Assembly: GCA_000708835.1 (NCBI GenBank) | Contig: DF236992.1 | Span: forward strand, 14,591 to 78,590 | Length of the DNA: 64,000 bases | Direction of reading: 5' to 3' | Source of the DNA: Klebsormidium nitens | Taxonomy: Eukaryota; Plantae; Klebsormidiophyceae | Shown: piece after piece, positions 35,501 through 46,805 of the stretch | Numbering within the stretch: the first letter of the stretch is position 1 | How the letters are laid out: each line of letters opens with the position of its first letter | Made by a program: the position numbers and the translations under genes | The notes under the pieces: generated by a model | The model's input: the letters and a program-made list of their open reading frames with translations, nothing else | Databases searched by the model: none | Told to the model about the DNA's origin: nothing

Positions 35501-38500
35501 CGCAATGTGTCTTTTGAAACCCAAAATGAGGTCTATTCTGGAAATAGTAACATGGTTCTCAGGTCAACTGGTTGACTGTATCAATCGTTCTGACAATTTG
35601 AAAATATATACATGTTCGTCTAGGCAAGCTGCCCGACGCTAAGTGGGTGGTGCGCCGCCCTCGCGCAAGGGTTTGCAGCGCAACCCACCGAAGTGTTTGC
35701 GAAAAGCGTCGCTTTTTTGGACGCTCGGCTGCAGTTCAAAGCTGCCTCTGATGAGCTTCTTCCTCCCGATTCTTTGTGACGAAACGACCAAACGCAGATG
35801 ATGGGTCTTGGGTCCTGGATTTGAGTCGCTTGTCCTTGTTTCAAAACTTTGGAAAATCGGAAAGCAAAGGAACAGCGGGCAAGCGACCGTAAGGATCACA
35901 AACCCCTGTACACCTTAGGACTCTGTGAGGTCAGAACCGGAGACACCCACCAGCGAAGCACACAATCACGGCCGCCGTTCGCTTCTGGTCTCGGTACTCG
36001 TTGAACATGAAGTGGATCCCCCGCACCGACAACGTGGCGCCCAGAAACAGCAACACGTAGACCCCGTGGATTGCCGCCAGCACAACGTACCACCCCAGCG
36101 GCGCGGTGCAGCGGCCGGACTCGTTATCCAGTGCGCCGCCCAACTCGAAGGCTGCGGCGAATTGGGCGAATATGAAAAGAGGCTCAGATCGCTTCAAAGC
36201 TGACTCAGTCCCGTGCCATCCATAAGAAGGGGGACTTCCAATCGAAGCTGGTCAGGACACCGAGATTGAGTCTACGAGCGCATGCGTCTGGGGAATGGGC
36301 TTCCGAAATCGGATTGAGGAACATTTCGAACGATATCAATTGGAGTTTTAGTAGCGGATTTGGAAGAGCCAGAAATAATCGCATCTGGTCCGACTTTGCG
36401 GTAGAATACGAGTGCCCGACTTCGGTAAAAGTTGTTTTCTCAGAAGGATCAGGTGACAAATGAATTCCGTTCAGGAGATTTAGCATGGATCCTCCGCTAT
36501 CTATGGATCCTGAAGCATGTAGAACCCAGGGACTCGCAAGAACGTTGGGCGTCCTACCGAGGGCGATCGCCAGCCAGGGGAGGAGTAGAAGCGTAACGAC
36601 CCAGAACGGCGATAGCGGCGGATAGTGCTTCCTGCGGTTTTGAAGGATGGGGTCAGACAACCTGAAACCTCACAACAACGTCCTTTGAGGAAGGACACCG
36701 CGATGCTAGCTCCCAGAAAGACGGAACGTGATACCTTTCAGAGGTCGAGACGATAAGACCCACGTGGCGAGTGTAGAGAGCGAAGCAGAAACCCTAATCC
36801 TGAAGAGGAACGAAGGAAAAGGAAACGACAAGCTCAAAGCGAGAAAGGGGGGCCTCACCGGACGAACACAAAGTAGAGCCGGAACCCCCGTGCCACGTGG
36901 CAGCTGATCCACAGCCCGAAGCCGAGCAGTCCCCCCAGCCAGACTGCGCAAAAAGGCGCCGAGTCAGCACGAGAACCAAAGAGTTTGCGCTGGCTGTGGG
37001 CAACTATCAGTCCCTTCGGCTCGGTCGGCCCTTCTCCTAAAGATCTCCACGTCTCGATTGGCTTTCAACCAGTGTGAGATAACTTGTCTATTAGGAGCAG
37101 GGATTTCATTGTTTGAACAGAGGATGCATTGTAGCGTCGTCAGCCAACGTCATTATTGCCAGCATAGACCGCTACGCAGTTTAAGATAGGACTGTCAACA
37201 GATGCGGCCTTTATGCTGACAATTATGCCAAAGGCAGTACGATGCTACAGTCACTGGGACTGTGTAGCCGCCGTGCGAAAGTGTACGAGTTGAAATCCGG
37301 AAGATTCGGTTAGGGAAGTAGGAAGTTATAGGTCTCTTTGCCCACGTCTCGTTCACAAAATCTTCAGATCACTCCTTCTTTTGATTTAAATCCACCATTT
37401 CTTGTTTCTGCCTGGTCAGTCAGCTAACAGGGACGCAGGCGGGGCAAATAATAAAAGAGACGACAAAACGAAAACGAAGTCTAGGGAAGGAAAAGAATGT
37501 ACGGAAGGAATCAACGACCATGAGGAAAAACGTAACACCCACCTTTCCAGAGCGAGCAAGAGTCCCAAAAGCTGCCTCCAGGGACTTTGAACAGCCCCTG
37601 CGAGACCTGGACGGCAGAAGCACAGCCCTGAGAATCTGTGCACGAAACACTCCCCATCGTGCGGCCCCACTCTCGGGAGCATTTAAATTCAACATTGCTT
37701 TGGTGGGCTGCGCAGAGTGCGAGCCAAAAATTAGAAGATTCGCTAGGGCTGAGTACCATTTGGCGCTTGGATAAACGACAGGAAAGGTGATGGAAACCAA
37801 CAGAAAATATATGCCATGGGTGAACCAAATGAAATTTGTGGCACAAGAAGAAACTGCCCAAAGTCCCGTGCAGGCTTGTTCTTCGGACACCAGATCCGGA
37901 CTTGAGGGGCAGGGGTTGAGCAGTGGGAAAAACCTACCACCATTGCGATCAGCCAGCACACACTGCTGGCCGCCCCCACCGTCACAAGAGGCACATGCTT
38001 TGCCCGCAGCGGAGGAAAGTGGCGGTGGTAGAAGACAAAGGCAGAGGTCACGAGCAGCCTGCAAGAGAGGGCTGCAGAATCTTGGGATCTGATGGGCATA
38101 TTTAAACATTGGAAAGCTGGTGTTCTTGAGCCCGGTGTGTCTTTAAGATTGGGAGTCCGACACTTGCAAATCTGGCCTGCCGCTTAATACCTCAGTGTCT
38201 GTGTCTTGAGAGTTGGGTCTGTGGTTTGGCATGTGAGAGAGTTCTCAAACTCACAGGACACATAACCAATTTTTCCGGTGCTGAAATTTTCATGGATCAG
38301 AAGCTCTGGCTGAAGAGCAAGAAAAGCCAATCCAAACGAGGGAACACATTCTTTGAGGCGCGAGACTGGCTGGCACGGAGCCAACTTGGGGCCTGAAAGA
38401 ATTGGCCACAAATCCGGAATAAGTTGATGCTTTTTCCCCGCAGGAGTGTTGCTTTGCAGTTGGGTTTTCTGGTGCATCAGATCTCCATATCTTAGAGCCT

Positions 38501-38681
38501 GTGATAAGAACAAAGTTCTCGAGCTTTCTTCTTTGTTGCTGGGTTTTGTAGAGAACACCGGGTGGTGGGGGAAGACTGCTTACCACAGGCAAGTTACCCC
38601 AGTCAAGACGACTGCAATGTAGTCAGTTGGGCACCCCCCTGCAGCATAGCAGGCGCGGCCCATTCCCCCCTTTTCGGCCAT
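32503..38681 (-). CDS. RGS1: 7TM regulator of G-protein signalling (RGS1-like), ~669 aa; exons 38681-38584, 38058-37938, 37606-37543, 36943-36859, 36631-36558, 36151-35951, 35397-35306, 34957-34734, 34375-34126, 33303-32503
   Basis: Colinear with recalled AtRGS1: GGCPTDYIAV, CSLWKVWLGGLLGFGL, LLPWLAI, HGVYVLL...FMFNEYRD, RFLQAFKEFADSRLAGECVHFFE, YVRAGAPLQINIS, LFREARREALSIMQT|NLEKDFYKS. All ten exons are in phase. Confidence 0.92.
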
Positions 38682-40662
38682 AGCAGCAAATTGTGAGCGT
38701 CGGGTTCAGAAACGTGCTATGGGCTGGTCCTCCATGGAACTGCGCAAGGAAGGGATCCCCTTGAATCCATCGCGGACAAAGGTGTTGGGCTGGCGGGGCT
38801 GACAATGTCTGCCTGGTTCAGATGCGTGTGCAAACCTGAGGTCGCTTCTGAGCTAAGCTGGGTGAACCTCCTCTGCCAAAAGATGAGCTCCGTAAAGTCG
38901 GTTTTAATGACCTGCGACGGAGTCACTGAAGTTTGACTGCGCACCCTTCAGAAAACCCCATGCTCAGATTCTTCTCCGAAAACTGCCAATGCTATGCACA
39001 ACCGTCGTCCCCAAAGTCTCATGTCATATGAAGCACTGCCATCCTTGAAGTGTCTTCAATACAATACAAGAGCGAATGCAATAATGCAGCGTTGCTGTGA
39101 TTGCGGTGATGCATTTGAATTCTCGGAAGGTTTGCCAGCTCACCCTAGCAAACCTTCATTTCTTTGGAGCGCCTCTTATCCCGTAAAACTCCTTTACAAC
39201 TTCCATAAACAGGACTGTATAAACTTATCGTCCAGACGAGCGGACTAAACATCCATAAGGGGTCCCTGACCCTTGACAAAGAAACCCATGCTTTTATGGC
39301 CTCCAGAGTACTCTGACATGTATGTGAGGAACGCACCAAGCTGCGCAATCTTCGTCGCATCAGCCAGAATGCAGTGCACATGCTGTCAGACGCGCTCTTC
39401 CATCTGCCCAGAAGTCGCCTGTTCCCAACAGCTACAGAAGTTTGAAAGAAGAAGCTGCAGCCTGTATAGGGCTTGCTACAGGTGCACGCACAGCTGTGGT
39501 CCGCAAGGGCTCCCTGCAAGCAAGTGTCCTCACTCTGGATTTGTTGTCTTCAAGTTCTGACATTGGCTTCCGCTGGTCACTGGAACGTCTGGTCAAAGAT
39601 TCGTGCCAGCTGTCAGCATTTCGTTGGTCAACGGACATCGCTTGTAAATGATCAAGTCTGGGGGGATCCCCGGCAAGTGCCTGCAACTCATGTAAATCGA
39701 AAGCCAACGGACTGCATGCAACGTGATCCCGGCCATCAACACAGCTTCATACTTCATTGTTGGCACGGCAGCTTTGCAAATCTGCAACGTTCAATGAATT
39801 GTGTGCTGTTTCCAAAATACGCTTATGATTTTTAGTTCACGCACCGAGCGGCTGGGGGGATTTAATGAGGGTTATCGCGACAAGCTAGGAATCAGAATTA
39901 AGCGCTTCGTCAACGACCACCGCGTCTGCATACATGTTCAGCTCCGTTTTTCAACCTAAGGGACGATGAAATTGGCGAGAAGGATTTACATGTTGATACA
40001 ATGAGACGTCACTGATCGAGTACAATATTGCAGCTCGTTGGTGACATGTGAACTTAGACGATTGAGCTCGATTTGTTGCAAGCATGATATCAGCATAGAA
40101 GTCAAGAACTACCACCACCTATCATTGAGCCACCGTGGTGGCGTGTGATGTCGGACCGACTCCAATATGAGTTTTGGGGAGGCAGATCATCGAGCTGCTA
40201 CGGCCACCACCTGAGTTTTTGATCAAAAGCTCGGCAGGCTCGACTGCAATGACCGCCCCACCCTTTGGAATAGGTACATGCATGTCGGGCAACCAGTTTC
40301 ATGAGCTGTTCAAGATGTAAGATGCGATCATGTGAAGGGCTACAAGCAGCTAAGCACCGCATGCCTTGAGTGTATAATCAACTAAAACGTCGTTGACGGA
40401 CAAGGACTAATGTACATGCTGTATATCTAACCCTGCTTCTTTTGTTGAGTTGCTGTCGATGCATTCCAATGTGCAGTCCTGGCCCCTAAGCTAGTAAGCA
40501 GACTTCGTCCACCATCTAGTTGCATCAAGGGTCACAGTAAAGAAATTCTTTTGTACATTTGGCCTCGGCCCAGTTTCAGTGTCTCCAGAGTGATAGTCTA
40601 CCAGCTGCTGCCGTTGGCACTATATGTCAATCGACGTCCCTCCTCAAAGGCATCTATCCGCG

Positions 40663-43600
40663 TCATGCTACAACCGTCGTCCAAGTCCTGATCTCTCCCT
40701 TAGTCCGCCCCATCGTTTTGACCGCTTTCCACTCCGGTTCATCCTTCGTAGGCATCGGATTGTACACTTCCACCGAGCCGACATCCTTCCGCCTCCGCCG
40801 TTTCCCCGGCAACCCTGCTTTCACTTTCCCGCCAAACACATAGAGCCGCCCGTTGAGGCCGGCCATCCCGAACTTGTAGCGGCTGCAGTTTTGGGTCGGG
40901 GGCGCCGACGCTTTCCGCTTCCGGATGAAGTCCTTGTTCACACTCCCTGCTGGCATGGCGGTGTCGAGGTCGATCCAGTCAATGCGCGCGTGGCGACCAT
41001 CATCCCCGGGGGCGTGCCGCGCCCCGTAAAGCTCCCCCCCGACGTTGGCCACCATGTAGGGGCTCTCGGACTCAGCATCAGCGTTTGCTAGAAAAGTCCA
41101 GGTGCTCCTGATAAGAGAAGGTTGAAAGTCTAAGGTGACATCTACGGAAGCGCACTCTAGGTTTTGCACCTTGCAAGACCTCAGTCCAGTTTATAATACT
41201 TCAGAAGATTACTGCCCGCCATTGACTACACAGTATTCTCGAACCCAGGCAGCGTAAGTTGGATCACGGGCAATGCGCTGTAAAACGCCTCAGCACAAAC
41301 CTCATTCGTAGTTTTTGCAAGTCTAAAAGCAAAGGCTCAAGTCTCCAACGGACGCTTTCGTTGCAAAGAAGATCCGGCTAATGCACCTTTAGATCGGCTG
41401 GGGGCTGCGAAGAGCCCAAAAGTATTCAGGAGCTCGATTTCCGTAACCTAAGAACTTAAAATGACAAGATCAGGGTTGTGGATCGAGGCACCCCTCTCGT
41501 TCACCTTGCTAATGCATTGCATGACTTATTTCCCTTGGGTGCGAAAAGTAATAAATCCTTTTTTGGACCTGTACAAGACATGAAGCCTTTTCCGCCTCAG
41601 AAAAACAAGTCTCAGGAAAGGCATGCAGCACGAAAACAAAACACACAGCTCAAATGAAGTCTGCATCATCGCTTACGCTTCTGGGTCGAAGATGGCATGT
41701 CCCGGCTCCACCAGGAACCGGTCACGTATCCACAGCCCCTGCAGGTGGCGGTTGCCCATCGTGCCAAAGTGGCGGTCCACGAGGCTCGGGAGGGGCACCC
41801 ACGTGTCATCCTCTGGATGGTACACCTCGCCGTCACGTGAGTAGTACGACATCGAGCCCCCGGCCACCCAGATGCGGGCGCCGTCGGTGCAGCAAGCAAA
41901 ATCGGCACGGGGGATGCTCATGTTGTTCGCTCGGCTCCACCTGAAGGGTTTGGGGGGGTCAAGGAGATTGTGAGAGGGTTATGGCGGCGTATCTAGCGGG
42001 TTGGGAGTCTGGTAAGAGGATGCGAAGGGACACGAAAGAGGGGAGAGGTGAGCTCAAAGAGAGGCCTTGCTTCTTGCTGGAAAGCTTGGGAGGGGGCTCA
42101 GATACAGAGCCAGTCAATACGTGTGAAGGAGCCTCTTGGAACAATCAATCATACGCTTCTGATCTACCCTTTTGTTTGTTTACCCGTGGCCATTATGTGG
42201 CTGATTTTCGAGACTGTCCTTGCCATGTCAGTCCAGAAGTCCTTCCCTGGTACTGTTACCTTGGGGGAACCGTCCCTCACTAGTGAGAACCCTCGGAGTT
42301 TCTCTGGGCAGCGATTGTCGCCCAAAACAGACTTCAACAAGACCTCAGACTTTATCAGTATGGGCCACAGATAGGACCACCCCACAAACTGCGTGCTTCT
42401 CTGCTTGACGAACTATGACCACTCAATGATCAAAAAATTTACAAGAGCAGCAGGTTAAAACTGTTCATATTAATTTCCAAAGTACACTCAGCAGAGATCA
42501 TTAAATTAGGTAGCTCAGGGTGGTGATAAGCACCTTGTGATTCCAAATCACCTTTGAGGGGCCTGGTCAACAGGCATTCTCTCGCATTGTCCGAGAAGCA
42601 ATCCAGGCGTGACTCTGGGCCCCTTGCAATATTGTGTGCTTAATGGGTAAACCAGAACGGATTTAACCCATGTATATCCTGTCACCTGCAAAGGGGCAGT
42701 TTCTCAAAAATTAAAACGCACATTTCAGGTTGCTGGCGCCAGACTCACTTTCCTCGCTCCAGGTCGTATACGTACACGTCTCTCCTGACACTTCCTGCCA
42801 GCTGCCCCCCCAGAAAGTACAGCTTGGAGCCAACCCCGACGCATCGATGCCTGACCGTCTTCTTCAGAGCCTCTGCCTCCCACTCCATGTAACTCCAGTT
42901 GCCTTCCTTGGGGTTGAAGAGTTCCCAGCCTTGCCCCTCTGCAGACATGTCCAGCATGCTTTTAGTCTGGGGTGATTGCATAGACGTGTCAGGATCTTTG
43001 GAAGGAATGGGTGGCGTGGCAGAAGTGTCGCAAAAGACTCTCTGACTTCCTGAAAAACATGCTGGCCAAACCGGAACCATGTGAAGGCCTCAATCTGCAA
43101 GCGCAGAGGAACTGCACTCCAACATTCCCAAAGATTCTTCAAGGACTGTCTTCTGAAGGTAAGAATGACTTCCAGTAAGCTAGGGTGTTGAATGTAGTTA
43201 TGGGCGTCTGTGCAAAGACCTAGAGGGGCACTTGCGTCGGTGAAGGCTTGGGACAGCAACATGTAGAACACATGTTTTCTATGAAAGGACTGTTGAATGG
43301 CGGCGGAGACAAAAAGTACTTATACGAGCTTGATGTCTGAAACGTTCTTGTAGCATCTAGACGTTGTATGTCCAGTTTAATAAGTTGCAACACAAACCCT
43401 CCCCTGAAGGGGTGGTACCAAAAGGTTTTTTTCGCGAGCACACAAGCATAATTTACCACCACATTCCTTTGACGAAAAGTTTCAAGATATGACCAGGAGC
43501 GAGCCTCACTTACCATGCGTGACACAGAGCATCTCTGTAGTAAGTCCCTGCTCCTTTCGCAATCGAAAGAGTTCTCCTGCATACAGATGGATCAACATTC

Positions 43601-44326
43601 AAATAGAGCTGAAGTGCTTACATTGCACTAATCCGCGCAAGTGATGGGTGCATGCCAGCACATTGGCAAACACAGAACCATGAAGTAAGCTGCAGGTTCC
43701 GGCTGGCATAGTGGGAAAGCTCTTCCGCCTTTTATATGGTGGTATGAAGTGCTTTCAGAAATCGAGGAAGAAGGACTTCTCTTTGTTTAAAGGAATTCAA
43801 GAAGGGCAAGCAGCAATATGCAAAAGCAACGTTTGACTATATTGACCAAGACTTTCAGGCCGAAACAACTGATCATTCATTGTGCAATTGCGCTACAAGA
43901 GATGTGTGCAGACTAATACCGATATTATATGAAGACTTTGCCCTATCACAATCACAACAATCAATTGCTGAAAGACCATACATATATTAACCGGATTCGT
44001 TGATGCAAAAGTTGCCGGCTCTCACCTTCTTCAATCAGCGACCTCCAACCCCTTGATACTTTCTTCATTTGCGCATAGCTGGCAGGATTTGCTCTTGGAA
44101 GTATCCACTGCCGCACGAGATCATCAGGGAGTCCTTTTATCAGCTCCTGCGGTCCGCTGGCCACTGCATTCTTTGAACAACCCTCGTCCACCACCATGTT
44201 CCCGTCTGATACAGAATCAAACAAACCATCCCCAAGAAGCTCCAGAAAGCTGTCTTTCAAACCTTCAGCCTGGGAAGAACCCTGACCTGGACGGCCAGCT
44301 GCGGCTCTGTTTCGTCTCTTCCCCAT
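40663..44326 (-). CDS. F-box/kelch-repeat protein, ~457 aa; exons 44326-44026, 43576-43514, 43049-42749, 41940-41677, 41107-40663
   Basis: F-box LIKGLPDDLVRQWILPR...KVSRGWRSLI; linker ELFRLRKEQGLTTEMLCV; kelch GG-containing blades (KLYFLGG, RIWVAGG...GEVYHPEDDTW, RLYVFGG...VEVYNP). Junctions in phase. Confidence 0.9.
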
Positions 44327-44712
44327 GACTCTGAGGGAAGCTGATCTCACACGAGGAGGAAGGACGGCGCGCACCAAACCGAACCTGCTGCTGGTGCAAG
44401 GTTGGTGCAAGGTTGATCAGTTTCTTGTACTTAGAACACGATGATGTCATTATGACAGTCATTCCGACTCATAGGTAGCTGACTGAAAGCCAGAAGGAAG
44501 TTCTTCGCCGTGGATGGAGACCTTGAGCACATCGGACGGCTGAACGGTTTCTCAGGCGACATTTTCTTGTCTTTCGGATCGGCATCGGGCGGTCACGAAG
44601 AAGACAAGTTTCAGTTGGTTTAGATTTGGGCAGATCGACGGCTCACAATCGTCAGGATGGATGCAGGTGGCGTAGGAAGAACTTAGCCATTGGGAGTTGA
44701 TCATAATAGTCA

Positions 44713-45039
44713 TTGAAGTCGTCTTCCTATACTTACCCGTTCAAGAGATCTCCCCACACCAGGGACTCGTTGTTTGAACCCCCGCTTTTGGCGGCAGTTC
44801 ATGGCAGTTCAGCCTTGCATGCCCATTCTGCAGAATCAGGATCCAGCTTGAAGTTGAAGTTGGAGCGCCTCTTCGAAGTTTTGAGAGCTTTGAGCAGGGA
44901 AAGGAGGTACCTGTTGCGGAGCTTCCTGTTCGCCAAGGAAGACCAGCTTAGGTTGCGGCTGTCACAGAGAAAGGAGCAGGAGGCGGCTTGCTCGGGGTAC
45001 ATTCTGCACGCGGCAAAGTGGAACACTCCGCAGAGTTAG
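44713..45039 (+). CDS. Putative upstream ORF / first cistron. No in-frame ATG in the unspliced frame; possibly ATG 44657 spliced 44666^44834
   Basis: 108-codon open frame with amphipathic helix LKLKLERLFEVLRALSRERRYLLRSFLFAKEDQLR, ending 139 nt before the next ATG. The start is inferred. Confidence 0.45.
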   Translation: MKSSSYTYPFKRSPHTRDSLFEPPLLAAVHGSSALHAHSAESGSSLKLKLERLFEVLRALSRERRYLLRSFLFAKEDQLRLRLSQRKEQEAACSGYILHAAKWNTPQS

Positions 45040-45178
45040 CTGTTTGCCCCGCGCGCTCCTGGCAACCATTCCTATCACAGGGAAACGATTTTAGCTAGTG
45101 GTAAACACAGGAAGACTTCTTCCCTTTTTGGTAAACTCTGAAAGAAGCTGCTTCTAGCAAAGTCCGGTAATTTTTAAT

Positions 45179-45550
45179 ATGGACATTGATCAGCAGCCTT
45201 CGGCGGTTTGTCTGTCAACGCACCAGGGGCAGGTCCACCGATGCACCTACAACTGCTCCATCACACACGTTCTGGGGAACCTGTACCAGTGCAAGGACAG
45301 CGGAGCGACGCACGTGTGCGACTTCAATTGCGACCAGAGGATCGTGTATGACAGCCACAGCAGCATCTGCAGAGCCAGCAGGAAGATCCTGCCGCTCAGC
45401 TCTGCAGATGTGGTGAGGGGCGTCCGGCGGGGTCGGTGTGAGGAGGACGGGGGAACACTACGGTCAAAGAGGAGCAGGGACCTGGGGGGGTGCATTCCGC
45501 ACCTGGTTCTTGGGGGGGGTGAGATGTCACATATGGACCTAGACAGCTGA
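45179..45550 (+). CDS. Small (123 aa) Cys/His-rich putative zinc-binding protein, conserved-plant type
   Basis: HRCTYNC...GNLYQCKDSGATHVCDFNCDQRIVYDSHSSICRAS...RGVRR...HMDL resembles a recalled uncharacterised land-plant family and the Herpes_UL92-like module of F-box SKIP31. Confidence 0.75.
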   Translation: MDIDQQPSAVCLSTHQGQVHRCTYNCSITHVLGNLYQCKDSGATHVCDFNCDQRIVYDSHSSICRASRKILPLSSADVVRGVRRGRCEEDGGTLRSKRSRDLGGCIPHLVLGGGEMSHMDLDS

Positions 45551-46805
45551 AATAGCTTTGACCGTCAGATACGAGGCACATTCAGAGAGATAACTGTTTA
45601 GATCATTAGAGCGTTTCTCAAGGAAGGGGCAGAAGGGTGGTCTGAGTGCGCTAGGGGTAGCGGTTGAACAGCCTCAGCTTAGGATTGTAATTTATCTAGA
45701 GAGGGCTGTTGTTCCAGGAAGATAAGATTGTACCATAGGCATTGAGCTACAAACGGTGTGGGTGGATTACCTCAGTTATGTCAAGACTAGAGGGTGGTGG
45801 TTGCAAACTGGAACGCACATTTTTGCGGATGGTTTGCCATCTGAGTTCAGATGAATAAGCAGAAAACTTGAAGCGAGAGTAGGATCATGTGTCGGAAAGA
45901 TAACCTTCCAACGGGGCTGTAATTTTGACAGTGGTTGTCAGCAGTTTTGTCAAATTGTTCAAAGGAAGTGTTCCTTCTTTACTCAAGTTGACAGAGTACT
46001 GGACAGAAGACATGTCCCCTGTCTAAGGGGTCCTTCAGATTGCACTTGCAAACAAGCTGTTTTGTCCAGGCTTCATTATTCCGTTGCCATGAGCATGTCA
46101 ATCTTTTGACCGTTTCTCTGGACATACTGTTTCTGCGTCCCATTTTCTGTCTTCACCCCCACGAGAATGAATCTTGTGTATTGGAAATACTTTCCCAAGG
46201 ACTTTCTTTGACAAAGTTGCAGCCTTCATGGACGTAGGACGTGTGGTGATGTCTAAAGAAGTAGGTATACCTCACGCTTTCTCTGGAAGACATTTCCGCC
46301 ACTCTGTCCCTCTTTTGATCAATCTTGAGCATAACACTTCAGCCTTCGCATCCAGAATGACTTGCCAAGTGTACACAAGGACATGTTCTGTTGTGGTTCA
46401 GCTGAGCCTATGGCATTGATGTGCGGTGATTGCAGGATCGAAGCATCACCCTCGATCATGCATGCGGCTTAATTTCAGAATTGCAAATTGTCACACATCC
46501 ATGCCAGACACCGAGTATGGCGATCCGTTCAGAATGTCGCCACGCCACCTGTTTTTGTGTTATGTATTCATTCACGAATCTGGATTGCTTCACTGTAGCT
46601 GCTATTGTCATGTCAGCGAGTGCATTGTGGCGTGAAAGCTCAAGATTATACCACAAGTCAATGACTGCGCCTGACGAATGTTGGACCTCCTTTTGCCAAC
46701 GGTGAGGCCGTCTACTTTCACCCATCTAATCGGCTTCTTCAATGCACTATGTACCTAAAGTCATTGACTTACCTGCCAAAAGATCTGGAAAAGAACATTG
46801 CGCGC

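Noticed and set aside
35745-35815. Hammerhead-ribozyme-like core CTGATGAG...CGAAAC in an RGS intron (opposite strand)
   Set aside because: No stem II pairing, and the stem III/UH cleavage triplet is not satisfied.
44728-44740. ATACTTACCCG resembling the U1 snRNA 5' end
   Set aside because: One mismatch and the downstream sequence is unlike U1. It is simply the complement of a donor consensus.
46456-46725. 89-aa ORF starting 81 nt after the dehydrogenase stop (possible further cistron)
   Set aside because: No recognisable family, not GC3-rich like the real exons, and the upstream ORF is long; most likely 3' UTR.
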